Positions 39,917 through 50,883 of a stretch of DNA of 64,000 nucleotides are shown in pieces. Where the stretch lies: contig NC_092352.1 in assembly GCF_963676685.1 (NCBI RefSeq), forward strand, positions 24,056,001 through 24,120,000, read 5' to 3'. Numbering within the stretch: the stretch's first letter is position 1; each line of letters opens with the position of its first letter. The notes under the pieces were generated by a model. That model did not search any database. It worked only from the letters and a program-made list of their open reading frames with translations, and was not told the DNA's origin. Made by a program: the position numbers and the translations under genes. The DNA is from Mytilus edulis. Its lineage: Eukaryota.

Positions 39917-42775
39917 ACTTTTTATTGTTAACTGTACAAAACGACGAGTCCTATTTGTTGTAATCCTAGCCAGGTTTCTGATGTCCCGGCTAGCGGGACA
40001 GGAGTATACACAGGATAACGGCGCTCCCGCAAAGAAAGTCTGAGATCCTGCATTTAAAAGTCGCAAGTCGTCCTATCGACGGGTCTAGCGGTCGGTATAA
40101 TCTGTTCAGCTGGTTTGCCTAGGTGTCAAGATCAGTGGATAAATATATGAAATCATCTTCGGCAAATTTGCTTCTTGTATTGTTCTCTGTTTTTGTTACA
40201 TGGCTAGCATAGGAATGGTCTGCTTCAAAAGATGCTCTATGTGTTGTTTCTTTTTTGTTTCAATTGAACTCTATCTTGAATAAATTTGGATATTTTTTTA
40301 ACATAGTTTGATGGAGAGAATCGCCCATTGTGATTTCTAATGGATGGCATAATTTTTTTATAGAAGACGTTTGGGTTTTGCTCGTTGTTGAAGGCCGTAC
40401 GGTGACCTATAGTTGTTAATTTCTGTGTCATGTTGGTCTCATTGGCAATCATACCACATCTCCTTTTTATTAATGACCTCAATTCTAATTAATATATTGT
40501 CTTGTATGTGATATAATTTTAGTTCATTTATAGGTTTTTGATTGTGACGTCCATTTTCTCTGAATTAGAACACAAATTTTAATTAGGGCCTATGTTGTGT
40601 CTTCTTGCTGTGCTGAAGACCTATCGGTGGCCTTCAGCTGTGTTCTGCTCTTTTATCAGGTTGTTGTCTCTTTGACATATTCCCCATTTCCATTCTCTAT
40701 TTTATTGCATACTAATTTTTTTAACTATTGATGTTAAAATTAGAAGATAAACCAATCATATTTTAAAGAAAAATCACAAAGAAGCACAATTAAAAGTAGA
40801 TGATAATTGACTGTATTGTGAAACTATAATAATATAATTACCATATGCCTTGGTGTGCAATTCAATTATTTGATCCTCATAATCACTCAATATATTCAGA
40901 CAATCCTCATTTTTTATTCATCTTTGAGCATAATTTTTAATGTGAACCTGTTGTTTCTTTGACATACTGTCATTGTAACGTAAATAAAGAAAACATATAA
41001 GCCTTATATTCAGAGTAGGAATAAAGGATTAAATGAGTGAAGGAGAAGGCATTGTTTCTAATACATTTCATTTGTAATGAGATTGATGATTTATCCTATG
41101 AAAGTAAATGAGCCAGAGATTCAGTTATTATTATTATATTCAAGTTATCTGATATTTGCTCTGGATTTTTTGCAAAATCTGCGTACACAAATTAAAACAG
41201 ACAATATGTCTAGTTTTTTTAATATTATTTGTAGTGTAAATATTGACATCTATTTGTTTTAGGTAAACTATCAAATGTAAAGCATTATTTAAGCAAAATG
41301 TGTAACAAAATTATGAAACTTTTTTCCAAAGTTCAGAGTTAATACTGGTACCGATGTGCTATGTGTTGTGGTAAAAAAAATTCAGCCAATTAAATTCATC
41401 AGTCACAAAGAAGACGACCCAATAGCACTTTCTTTACGTCATTCATGTTAACTGTTTCACTGTCATTCAAAACAAACATGTCTATGTCTTCTAGTCTTAC
41501 ATTTTCACAGTCTTGCAATACAGATGAAAGAACCCATTTTTCTTCGTTTAATGCACATTTGATATAATGTTTAATGCATCTCGGGTAAGTAAAGCGTCAT
41601 TCTCTTGAAATTCCCACTTGTTCAGTCTTCTTTTTTTCAGTTTTATTATTTCTTCCTCTAGTATGAATTTTTCTTTCTGTACAGTCAACACGTCATACTG
41701 CTTCCGTGATGGCATTTCTTGAAGTCCTCAATGGTTTCTTCTCGGGTTAAGGAGTACTAGTAAATATTGGCAAATAAATTACAGTTGCGGTTAAACATGT
41801 ATCAGAAATTGCAATGGCGGCAGTACATGTATCGGCATGGTGCTTTCAAACTCTGCATCATATAGCGTATATCTTCCACATTTCTTACGACTGGGATAAA
41901 AAAAAAATCTACATTTTGTCGACATTTATATTATATATCTGAATAGACATTGAGAGCATATATATATATTGTGACAAGTAACCCCCAGGGCATATATTTT
42001 TTTATTTTTATATTATGCTGTAAATATGTTATTTCCTTGTTATAGATAAGATATATGTTTTGAATTGTTAAGAATGTTATTTATTCTATATGAGTCCTAA
42101 GTTCCTATGATAATAGAACTAAAATATTTGTTTATTGTTCATTGAAGAGATATTTTCATAAAATAATCCAAGTCAGAATTGTTTTCATTTTTGCATAAAT
42201 TGTAAACATCAAGATTTTTGTTAAAATGACTTTCCATATATTTTTATGTTTACCTAGTCTTGGTAAATGCTTTAATAATTGTGTTGTGTATTGACTTGTA
42301 TCAACAAATGGATAGAACATGAGAAATATTGTGATATTTAGATTTTTGAGACTTGTTGTTATTTTGAGAAAGTTCCCGTACTTTTTCATCTGTAACTTTT
42401 TCGGGATCGACCCCACTTTAGACATACTTTCTGTCAATTTTGGACAATGACAGCCAAACTTACTTATATACACTCTTTTCGAAAGTCGAATTGAGTTTGA
42501 GAATTTACTTTTCCCCACTGAAGGTTATGCATTTTGCTTAAACTTGTCGATCTTCGTTTCTGTTACAGACAGCATGTATCGCTATCCGCCATTACTTCAG
42601 ATGAACGGCTAGCGATTTCATAGGTTGATTAAAAGAATAAAGTATTTTACCTTAATTTTTGTAGAAATTGTTATAGAAATGTTTTATTTTACGATTAATG
42701 TTAGAAAATGTAAAAGTTTATATTTTAATAACTTTGTATTCTTTGTCGATTCAACTTGTTAAAGAATGGAGCTTT

Positions 42776-42930
42776 TTGATTGGCTATTGGTTACTGTGCA
42801 CTGTGCAAGATGGGGCACTTAAGGGTATCGTGCATGCCCCTGTGCGGTACATTTGCACTGTCGTGCAGTGGCGGGTATTATATAACCTTTCGAAAACGCT
42901 GCACTGACGTCACTTTCACGCCATTTTATT
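42776..42930 (+). promoter_or_regulatory. putative LTR core promoter
   Basis: Two ATTGG (CCAAT) boxes ~42779-42790, TATATAA 42879-85, CRE TGACGTCA 42905-12 overlapping Inr-like TCACTTT (A at 42912), YY1-like CGCCATTTT 42919-27; same in the 3' LTR. Confidence 0.55.
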
Positions 42931-43303
42931 AGGGATTGAACCGCTGCCAAAATTTTATTAGAAAGTAAGGCCAATTTTTACGTTTAGAAACTTATTTATT
43001 TAACTAAATTTTCTTATTGGAAAAACGTAATTTTACAGAGATTTTAATGATAATTTCTAGAAGTTTATTTTCATTTCAAAAGTAACTTTTAAAGGCTGTT
43101 TTACGAATTTATGGTTCAAAATTTCATTGTTTTGGAATTGTAAAGTTTTGTTTAAGTACATTTTACCGGAAAGTTAGATTTTTCTATTTAAGAGTCCAAA
43201 GCCAATCAAACTATTTTTGCGTTTAAATTATAGACTGTGTTATAGGATTTTAAAGGTATATCTGAGAGTTCTTTGCTACACTTTTATTGTCCTCTATTTT
43301 ACA

Positions 43304-44342
43304 AGACATACGCTACTAGTAAAGTCTCTAGTACACTTGTCTACATTTACGCAAATTAAATATATTAGATAAGGTAATAGGGACACAAAACATACGCTAC
43401 TAGTAAAGTCTCTAGTACACTTGTTTTGTTTAAATAACTATAAATAGGGAGATTAGTTAAAAGACATACTCTACTAGTAAAGTCTCTAGTATTTTGTCGT
43501 GATTAAAATAATTGGAATAAGGATAAAGGGCTTACGCTACTAGTAAAGTTTCTAGTACATTTGTCCTGTTTAAATAACAGTTACTGTATAAATAGGGAGA
43601 TTAGTCAAAAGACATACACTACTAGTAAAGACTCTAGTATATTTGTCCTGTTAAAGTAATTAAGATAAGGATAAGGGTCTCAGGACTACACTGCTAGTAA
43701 AGTCTCTAGCAATTGTCTTGAAGTAAATAAGAAAACCAAGTTACAGATAAACACTATTTTGAGTAAACTTTGAGATAAATTAGATGGCATATGCTGCTAG
43801 TAAAGTCTCTAGCACAATTGTCATAATAGCTTAAATTTGTATAAACTGAGATTAATTGATTTTCTCTTCATAAATCTATTTGTACATTCATTTACAAGTA
43901 AATACTAAAACACCTTTAGATCTAAGGCATACGCTCTAGCACAGGGTCAGCTAGCACACTTGCCTCTAAATTTTGTACACCTGATAACGCTCTAGCACAG
44001 GGTCAGCTAGCACACTTTCTTGTGTACTAAAGTTATAACGTTTATAATAAAGAATTTAATACATTAAAAACCTTTTAGAACTTAGGCATACGCTCTAGCA
44101 CAGGGTCAGCTAGCACACTTGCCTCTAAATTTTGTACACTTGATAACGCTCTAGCACAGGGTCAGCTAGCACACTTTCTTGTGTATTAAACTGTTGAATA
44201 TTCTTATTGTCTATGTAACGTTACCAATTTAAACTTAGAAGTTAGGTACTCAGTTAAACCTTTAAGTGATATATATATACCTCAGATATACCTTGTTAAT
44301 ATTAGACATACGCTACTAGTAAAGTCTCTAGTACACTTGTCT
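43304..44342 (+). repeat. array of 12 conserved stem-loops in the 5' LTR
   Basis: Eight copies of type TACGCTACTAGTAAAGTCTCTAGTACACT and four of type ACGCTCTAGCACAGGGTCAGCTAGCACACT, each closed by its own complementary outer stem. Confidence 0.9.
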
Positions 44343-44742
44343 CTTTGTTATATGTAATATTTGCTACTGGTCTCATTGTTATATACCAGTGTCAGTGTAT
44401 CTGAAGAAAACCCTAGTCAAATAATAAACACACTATTGTTATTCATATTTTTATTGGTTAACGGTAGTCCTTTAATAGTCCATTATATATATTGAAAGTG
44501 ACCATAACATCAGGCCAATAATAAAGTATTGAACTTCAAAACGTATTTCCCTTTACTTTAGATTTTAACAAATCTAGCGAGACATAGAGTTTGCTTTTCC
44601 AGTTATTATATCTGGTTTATTGTGTCACCTCAGTTGGTTCTGATTTTGAGATTTAGTCTTGGGTCAAGGTCTTGTGTACGTTCATTGTTTGGGAGTTTGC
44701 TGACAACCTTATTTGCCATATAGCTCTTGCGCGCTACATTTT

Positions 44743-44760
44743 TGGCATCCTCGGTGGGAT
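44743..44760 (+). promoter_or_regulatory. primer binding site
   Basis: TGGCATCCTCGGTGGGAT, 4 nt after the LTR; complement of a tRNA 3' end with discriminator G; isoacceptor not identified (Arg or Asn possible). Confidence 0.85.
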
Positions 44761-44804
44761 CTGCTTGTCATTTGCGGATCCAGTGATACGAATATCTTTT
44801 AATT

Positions 44805-46487
44805 ATGGTAAAAAGGAAGAATCCAGCACTACCCAGACCAGGTGAAAGGAGCGAAATAGACACAGAGACGGATGCCATCGAGACTGACACAGATTGTAAT
44901 ATGTACACAGACTTTTCAGAGCCAGAAACTGACGACAGAGATGTTACAGTAATACCAAAAGTAAGCGTGATAAACTTGCCCAGCACTAGCTCTATACCAA
45001 TTAGTTCAGATATCAGACCAAGAAGAAGTTTGAGACTGTCCAGGAAGAGAGAAGTCCACACAGAGAGTGAGAGAGAAGAACCTGAAATGCAAAGTCATGG
45101 TGACACAGCTGGTGTTTATGGTATAATTAAAGGGGCATTTCAAGAAATGACCGGTCAATTGGTGACAGCAATCCAATCAGCATTCAAGGGTTTCCACAGT
45201 GATACCAAGTTAACTGAAAAGGGGGAGACTAGAAAAGCAAAGAAAAGACCAACAAAGTCCAAAAGTGACCCAGGCAGATTACATCCTGTGATGTCCAACT
45301 TTGCCATCCAGTCAGACAGTGATGATAGTTCAGATGAAAGCAGCTATGAAGATTCTATAGAAGGCAGTATAGATACATGTTACATAACAGAACCCAAAAG
45401 AAAACCTGCTATGTCTAGTAATGTTAAATTACCTGCTTATATAGGCAAAGAAAAATGGGAGGTGTACTACAATAGATTTGAAGCTGTTTCTAAACTGAGT
45501 CATTGGGACGACAACACCAAATTAGCAGAGCTACTTCCTCGTCTACAAGGAGAAGCAGGTGACTTTGCCTTTGATCAACTTGCCCAAAGAACATTATCAA
45601 GCTATACTAGATTAACCAAAGAGATACACAACAGATTTGGAACTTTCGAGACCAAGAAAAACTACAAAACATTGTTTAATAGACGAAACCAGAAATCTGA
45701 CGAGAAACCAGAGGCTTATGCAGCAGAGCTGAAACGGATTTATGACAAAGCTTACAAAAACAGAGATATGAAAATTAGGCAAGAGGACCTGTTACAAAGA
45801 TTTCTGATGGGACTTTCTGACCATGACAGTAGGGTCCATGTGGAGCTATGTAAAGAACCAAACACCATTGAAGAAGCAGTGCAAGAAGTTATCACTTTTA
45901 CTGAAGCTATAAGTCCACAAGAAGACCATACAGTAAGCAAATTTAAGAAGCAAGTTAGGCAGGTTAAGGGAAAACAGAAAACTTACAGTAAAAAGGGCAA
46001 AGACAAAGGAAAGAAACAAGATGACCAATCACTTAGTGAAGACAGTGACCAACCTAACCCTCCTAAACCAGGATTCACCACTGTAGATATTGAACAAATT
46101 AAAGATATAATAAAGCGAGTAAACCAGGAGCAAAGGAGAGATGAAAACATACAGAAACCAAATGGGTACCAGGGGAACTCCCATTTTAGCTCTTCACCAA
46201 ATTATGTACCAGATTCTAACAGTTACAATAGAAGAGAAAACATAAATACTGCAAATCCACCAAGTCAACAGGGGTATGGTAGTCAAGATACAAAGACAAA
46301 TTTTGCTTGTTATTATTGTGGCCAGCCAGGAAATTTTGCCAGGAACTGCTTTAGTAACCCAAAAAGACAACCCGACTTTAAAAGAAGCCAACCATGGAAT
46401 GAAGGAAGAACAAGGGAGGTTACTCCACCAACTCTAGATTTTAGGTCAGGGAAAACTGAGTCTTTCCCTGAAATAGCTTTAAACTAG
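44805..46487 (+). CDS. gag: Gag (560 aa)
   Basis: KLPAYIG..WEVYYNRFE, LQGEA, RNQKSDEKPEAYAAEL capsid-like region; zinc knuckle CYYCGQPGNFARNC (His replaced by Asn). Confidence 0.9.
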   Translation: MVKRKNPALPRPGERSEIDTETDAIETDTDCNMYTDFSEPETDDRDVTVIPKVSVINLPSTSSIPISSDIRPRRSLRLSRKREVHTESEREEPEMQSHGDTAGVYGIIKGAFQEMTGQLVTAIQSAFKGFHSDTKLTEKGETRKAKKRPTKSKSDPGRLHPVMSNFAIQSDSDDSSDESSYEDSIEGSIDTCYITEPKRKPAMSSNVKLPAYIGKEKWEVYYNRFEAVSKLSHWDDNTKLAELLPRLQGEAGDFAFDQLAQRTLSSYTRLTKEIHNRFGTFETKKNYKTLFNRRNQKSDEKPEAYAAELKRIYDKAYKNRDMKIRQEDLLQRFLMGLSDHDSRVHVELCKEPNTIEEAVQEVITFTEAISPQEDHTVSKFKKQVRQVKGKQKTYSKKGKDKGKKQDDQSLSEDSDQPNPPKPGFTTVDIEQIKDIIKRVNQEQRRDENIQKPNGYQGNSHFSSSPNYVPDSNSYNRRENINTANPPSQQGYGSQDTKTNFACYYCGQPGNFARNCFSNPKRQPDFKRSQPWNEGRTREVTPPTLDFRSGKTESFPEIALN

Positions 46488-46542
46488 AGAGGGTCAACTC
46501 CAATGACCAGGAGCTGACCCAGGGTTTTCAGGAGAAAGGTCA
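46478..46542 (+). promoter_or_regulatory. -1 programmed ribosomal frameshift signal
   Basis: T TTA AAC slippery heptamer directly before the gag stop, 6-nt spacer, stem GGGTCA-A-CTCC / GGAG-C-TGACCC; loop TGACC complementary to GGTCA at 46538-42; -1 frame is open into pol. Confidence 0.85.
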
Positions 46543-49500
46543 AATTTTGAGAGAGGAGAATAAAGAAGTGTTACTTAGCAGCAGTAGTTCAGTAGAGGTT
46601 TTTAGTAGAAATAAAAGTAGTTTTAATGAGGTTATTGATTTCTCACAGGGTGAGAATGAAAATTTATGTTCAAGCTGTGACGACAGCAGTGAACAAAACT
46701 TGATTAGTCCACAATTTATTGGACGTCAAGTACTCCGCAGCGAAGGAGTTTATATTGAGGGTCATGTGCAAGGCACTGAAGTGAATTTTACAGTTGATAC
46801 AGGGGCCTCTCGAACAGTGTTATCGAGAAGGGCTTTTCAACAAATACCATTTGCTAAAAGACCCCTCTTAAAGAAGTCAAATATGCTGGCTAGTGCCGAT
46901 GGCAAACCACTACATGAGTTAGGGAAAGCCATTTTTGACATCAAATTAGGAGATTTACCTTTTGAGATTGAAGTTGTAGTTGCAGAGATTGAGGACGAAG
47001 CCTTGTTGGGTCTTGATGTACTTATGAAGGCAGATTGTGGACCAGCTAATTTAAGATTAAGCGACGGGATTATGCTGCTAGGTGATACTTCCATTCCCTG
47101 TCAACAAATTGGCTTACCTGAAAGAGTAAGAAAAATTAGAGTAGCTGATAATTTTTCTATACCGCCCAGAAGTGAAATGCTTATAGATGTTTTTATAGAT
47201 AGATATGAAGATGACCAAATTTTAGGATCCTTTGATTTTGTTTTAGACCCCACTGAAGATATATTACAGAGATACCCCGTTGTTATGGCCCCTACTATAG
47301 TTAACATTGAAAAAGATGTAACCAGTTTAGTTAGAATATTAAAACCTTTTGATACAGAGTTTACTTTATATCAAGATACAGTTATTGGAGAAGCTGAAAG
47401 CTTGATAAAGGAACCAGAAATTTTAGTTTCATGCGAAGATAAAGCTGAAGTCAGTAATTTTTCAGTAGTTAGACGTATTAAATTAGGTGACCATAAACCA
47501 GTTCAGTGGGAAACCAACACGGGAATTATTAGGAACATTTCAAAGAAAGGGACTGCAGATGGTGGGAAAAGTGGTATTGTTCCTGATCACTTACAGGATT
47601 TATTTTTAGAATCTACTAAAGAACGTTCAGCAGAAGAATGTGATATTATTTGTAATTTATTAAATAAATTTTCAAATGCTTTTTCTAAAAATGACATGGA
47701 CCTTGGTTTAACTAATTTAACAGAACACTGTATAGAGACAGGGGATGCCAGACCAGTGAAGCAGCCACCATGAAGAGTACCTGTGGCCTATGCTAATGAG
47801 GAAAAGAAGTTGGTAGACCAGATGTTACAACAAGGGATTATCCAGAAATCGCACAGTCCATGGGCATCTCCACTGGTTTTGGTTGTGAAGAAGTCTGGTA
47901 AGCTGAGACCATGCTGCGATTTTCGCAGGCTAAACAAGCTAAGTCGGCTCGATAGTTATCCTATTCCACGCATACAGGACTGCCTGGATACTTTGAGTGG
48001 TTCTACCATTTTCAGTACTTTTGATTTGATCAGTGGTTTCAATCAAATCCCTGTAAAGAAAGAAGACATCCCTAAGACTTCATTCGTGACTAAGTATGGT
48101 CTATTTGAATACAAAACTCTCCCTTTTGGTCTTTGTAATGGGCCGTCCACCTGTCAAAGACTAATGGAATTAGTTTTAAACGGTTTACAGTGGCAAACTT
48201 GCCTAATTTACCTGGACGACATTATAGTCTTCTCCCCTAGTTTTGACCAGCATATTGAAAGACTAGAAGAGGTGCTCCTTAGAATTTTGGAGGCAGGGTT
48301 AAAGCTGAAACCAGAAAAATGCACTATGTTAAAGTCAGAAGTTGCATTTCTTGGTCATGTTGTATAATGGAAAAGGGGTTCAATTAAATCCAGATAACAT
48401 TGCCAAAATTTTAGCTTGGTCAGTGCCAACAAATGTAACTGAAGTCCGTCAATTAGTTGGGATGGGTAGCTATTATCGTCGTTTTATTAAAGATTTTTCT
48501 TCTCTTGTGAAGCCTCTAACAGAGCTCACTAAGAAGTCAAATGCATTTATCTGGTCGAATGAGTGCCAAAAATCTTTTGAACAACTTAAAGAAGTATTTA
48601 TGAGTCCAGAAATAATGGGATATCCTTTAGACAAGGGAGATTTTATATTAGATACGGATGCAAGTGATTTTGCCATTGGAGCAGTTTTGAGCCAAATTCA
48701 AGATGGAAGACCCAGAGTGATCGCTTATGGCAGTCGTACCTTAAATAAAGCTGAGTGCAATTATTGCGTGTCAGGACTGACCACCAGGCCTTGATATGGT
48801 TATTTAGCCTTAAAGAGCCTAAGGGCAGGATTGCCCGGTGGATTGAAATACTATCCGCTTTTGATTTTACTGTAGAATATAGACCAGGCCCCAAACATGG
48901 AAATGCAGATGCTATGTCACGATGCATAAACCCCCGTGAGTGTGATTGTCCCCAAACAGACCATATGGAATATTTGAAATGTGGTCCTTGTGCGAAATGC
49001 ACAAGAAGAGCTCGTGACATGGTGACTTCCATGATTTCCCCCCCCCCCCCTTTTATAGAAGAAAAGAAAGTTTTTAAAAGTCTTAATGTAGTAAAGACAA
49101 GGAAACAGACAGAGGAAGCTAATACTTGGACCATTTGGAAAACAGGACATACTATACCAGAGCTAAAGAAATTACAAGAGGAAGATGAAGCCATTGGCCA
49201 TATTTTTAAATGGAAAACAGATGGGAAGAGACCGCCATGGAGAGATGTGGAAAGTTTGAGTCCAGCTACCCGACATTATTGGCACCTTTGGGAATCCTTA
49301 TTTTTTAAAGAGAATTTACTCTTTAAAGAATTCTCTAAGCGAGATGAAACTGCTGACCAAATACAGTTTTTAACCCCACAGAAATTGAAACCTGAAATTT
49401 TAGCTCAAATGCATAATTCCATTACATCTGGGCATTTGGGAAGGAAAAAGACAAAGGCAAAGCTTTCCCAGAGATTTTATTGGTATGAGATGAGAGAGGA

Positions 49501-50494
49501 CATCACCATATGGTTAGCAAAGTGTGATATTTGCCAGGCAAATAAATCTCCAGTAAAAGGATACAGGGCCCCTTTAGGAAGTATGCCTACTGGTGGACCA
49601 TGGGATAGATTGGCTACTGATATTTTAGGCCCTCTTCCTGTCACACCAAGACATAATAAATATGTTTTAACGGTAACAGACCATTTTACAAAGTGGGTCG
49701 AGGTTTTTCCTGTACAGGACTCCACTGCTGTTACCTGTGCTTACTTGATTTTAAATGATGTTATATGTCGTTATGGTTGTCCACTTGCCTTACACTCTGA
49801 TCAAGGTCGCAACTATGAAAGTGATATTTTTCAAGAGCTGTGTTCTATGTTAGACATTAGAAAAACAAGAACCAGTGTAAGAAATCCAAAGGGTAATGGT
49901 CAAACATAGCGATTTAATCGTAGTTTACTGTCTATGATTAAATCTTATTTACAAGGTGAACAGACAGACTGGGATTTAAATCTTGGTTGTCTTGCAGGTG
50001 CTTACCGGTCTACTCCGAATGCATCTACAAGTCTTACTCCTAACTTGTTGATGTTAGGAAGGGAAATCAGGTTTCCAGTTGAGGTGATACAAGCAAAAGT
50101 TTCGGTTCAAGGTGAAGTCCAAGTAAATCCAGGCGATTTTGTCTGTGAATTAAGAGAGAGGTTGCAAAAGGCTCATAGTGTTGCCAGAAAACATTTATCA
50201 GCAAATGCTAAAAGGCGTAAAGATTACTATGACCAGAAAGTAAACTTTGTCATTTATAATATTTTTGATAAGGTTTGGTACTTAAACAAGACAAGGAAGG
50301 AAGGCATAAGTCCAAAACTTCAACCCTTATACTTGGGACCTTGCCTTATTACCAAAAAGTTGAATGAAATTAATTTTGAAATACAACTAGATGCTAAGGG
50401 AACCAGAAAGGTTATTAATCATAACAAGTTGAAACCTTACATTGGTGAAAACATACCCAAGTGGATGAAAATAGTTGAAAAACAAATTTCTTAA
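46478..50494 (+). pseudogene. pol: Pol (PR-RT-RNase H-IN), disrupted
   Basis: VDTGAS, YLDD, LDTDAS, HHCC, DILGP/SDQG; TGA at 47771-73, frameshift ~48362, deletion plus frameshift in RNase H ~48770, TAG at 49907-09 replacing the integrase catalytic Glu. Confidence 0.95.
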
Positions 50495-50883
50495 CTGTTG
50501 TTAATGGCCGGTTAAACTCCATTATCCTTTGTCTGTACTATACTTGAGTGATGAACTGAAAATTTAAAAATAAATTTTTGTAAATATCAGTAGAGATATC
50601 AAATATGAATTCATTATTTTTATGAATTCTTCCAAAGAAATCTAACTTGACAAGTTAGGGATCAAATTTATATTTTGCTTACCAATATGAAAATTGTTAA
50701 GTATTTAATTTTATTTTAAATAATATAAACTTGGTGTATGAAATTTTTATATACCGTTTAATAAGTATGTAATTATCTCCCCTGTATAAAGCTAAAATAA
50801 ACTTCAGATACACTGCCAGGTTATTTCTGGGACCAGACCTATTAAACTGGACAAGAGTTTTAAAGGTCCTATACTCTTTTTAG

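Larger units (their letters stand above)
41970..44738 (+). repeat. 5' LTR (2769 bp)
   Basis: TGTGACAAGTAACC...GCGCGCTACA; roughly 99% identical to the 3' LTR by eye. Confidence 0.97.

Noticed and set aside
42156-42907. Short ORFs inside the LTRs
   Set aside because: No motifs, and they are truncated by stops in the other LTR copy
43304-44342. CRISPR array interpretation of the repeat-spacer pattern
   Set aside because: Eukaryotic LTR context with no cas genes; spacers are related to each other (TAAATAGGGAGATTAG twice, ATAAGGATAA twice), so they arose by duplication rather than acquisition
43304-44342. LTR hairpins as known ribozymes, IREs or p53 sites
   Set aside because: No hammerhead, twister or HDV core; no CAGUGN loop; CTAG flanks do not fit RRRCWWGYYY
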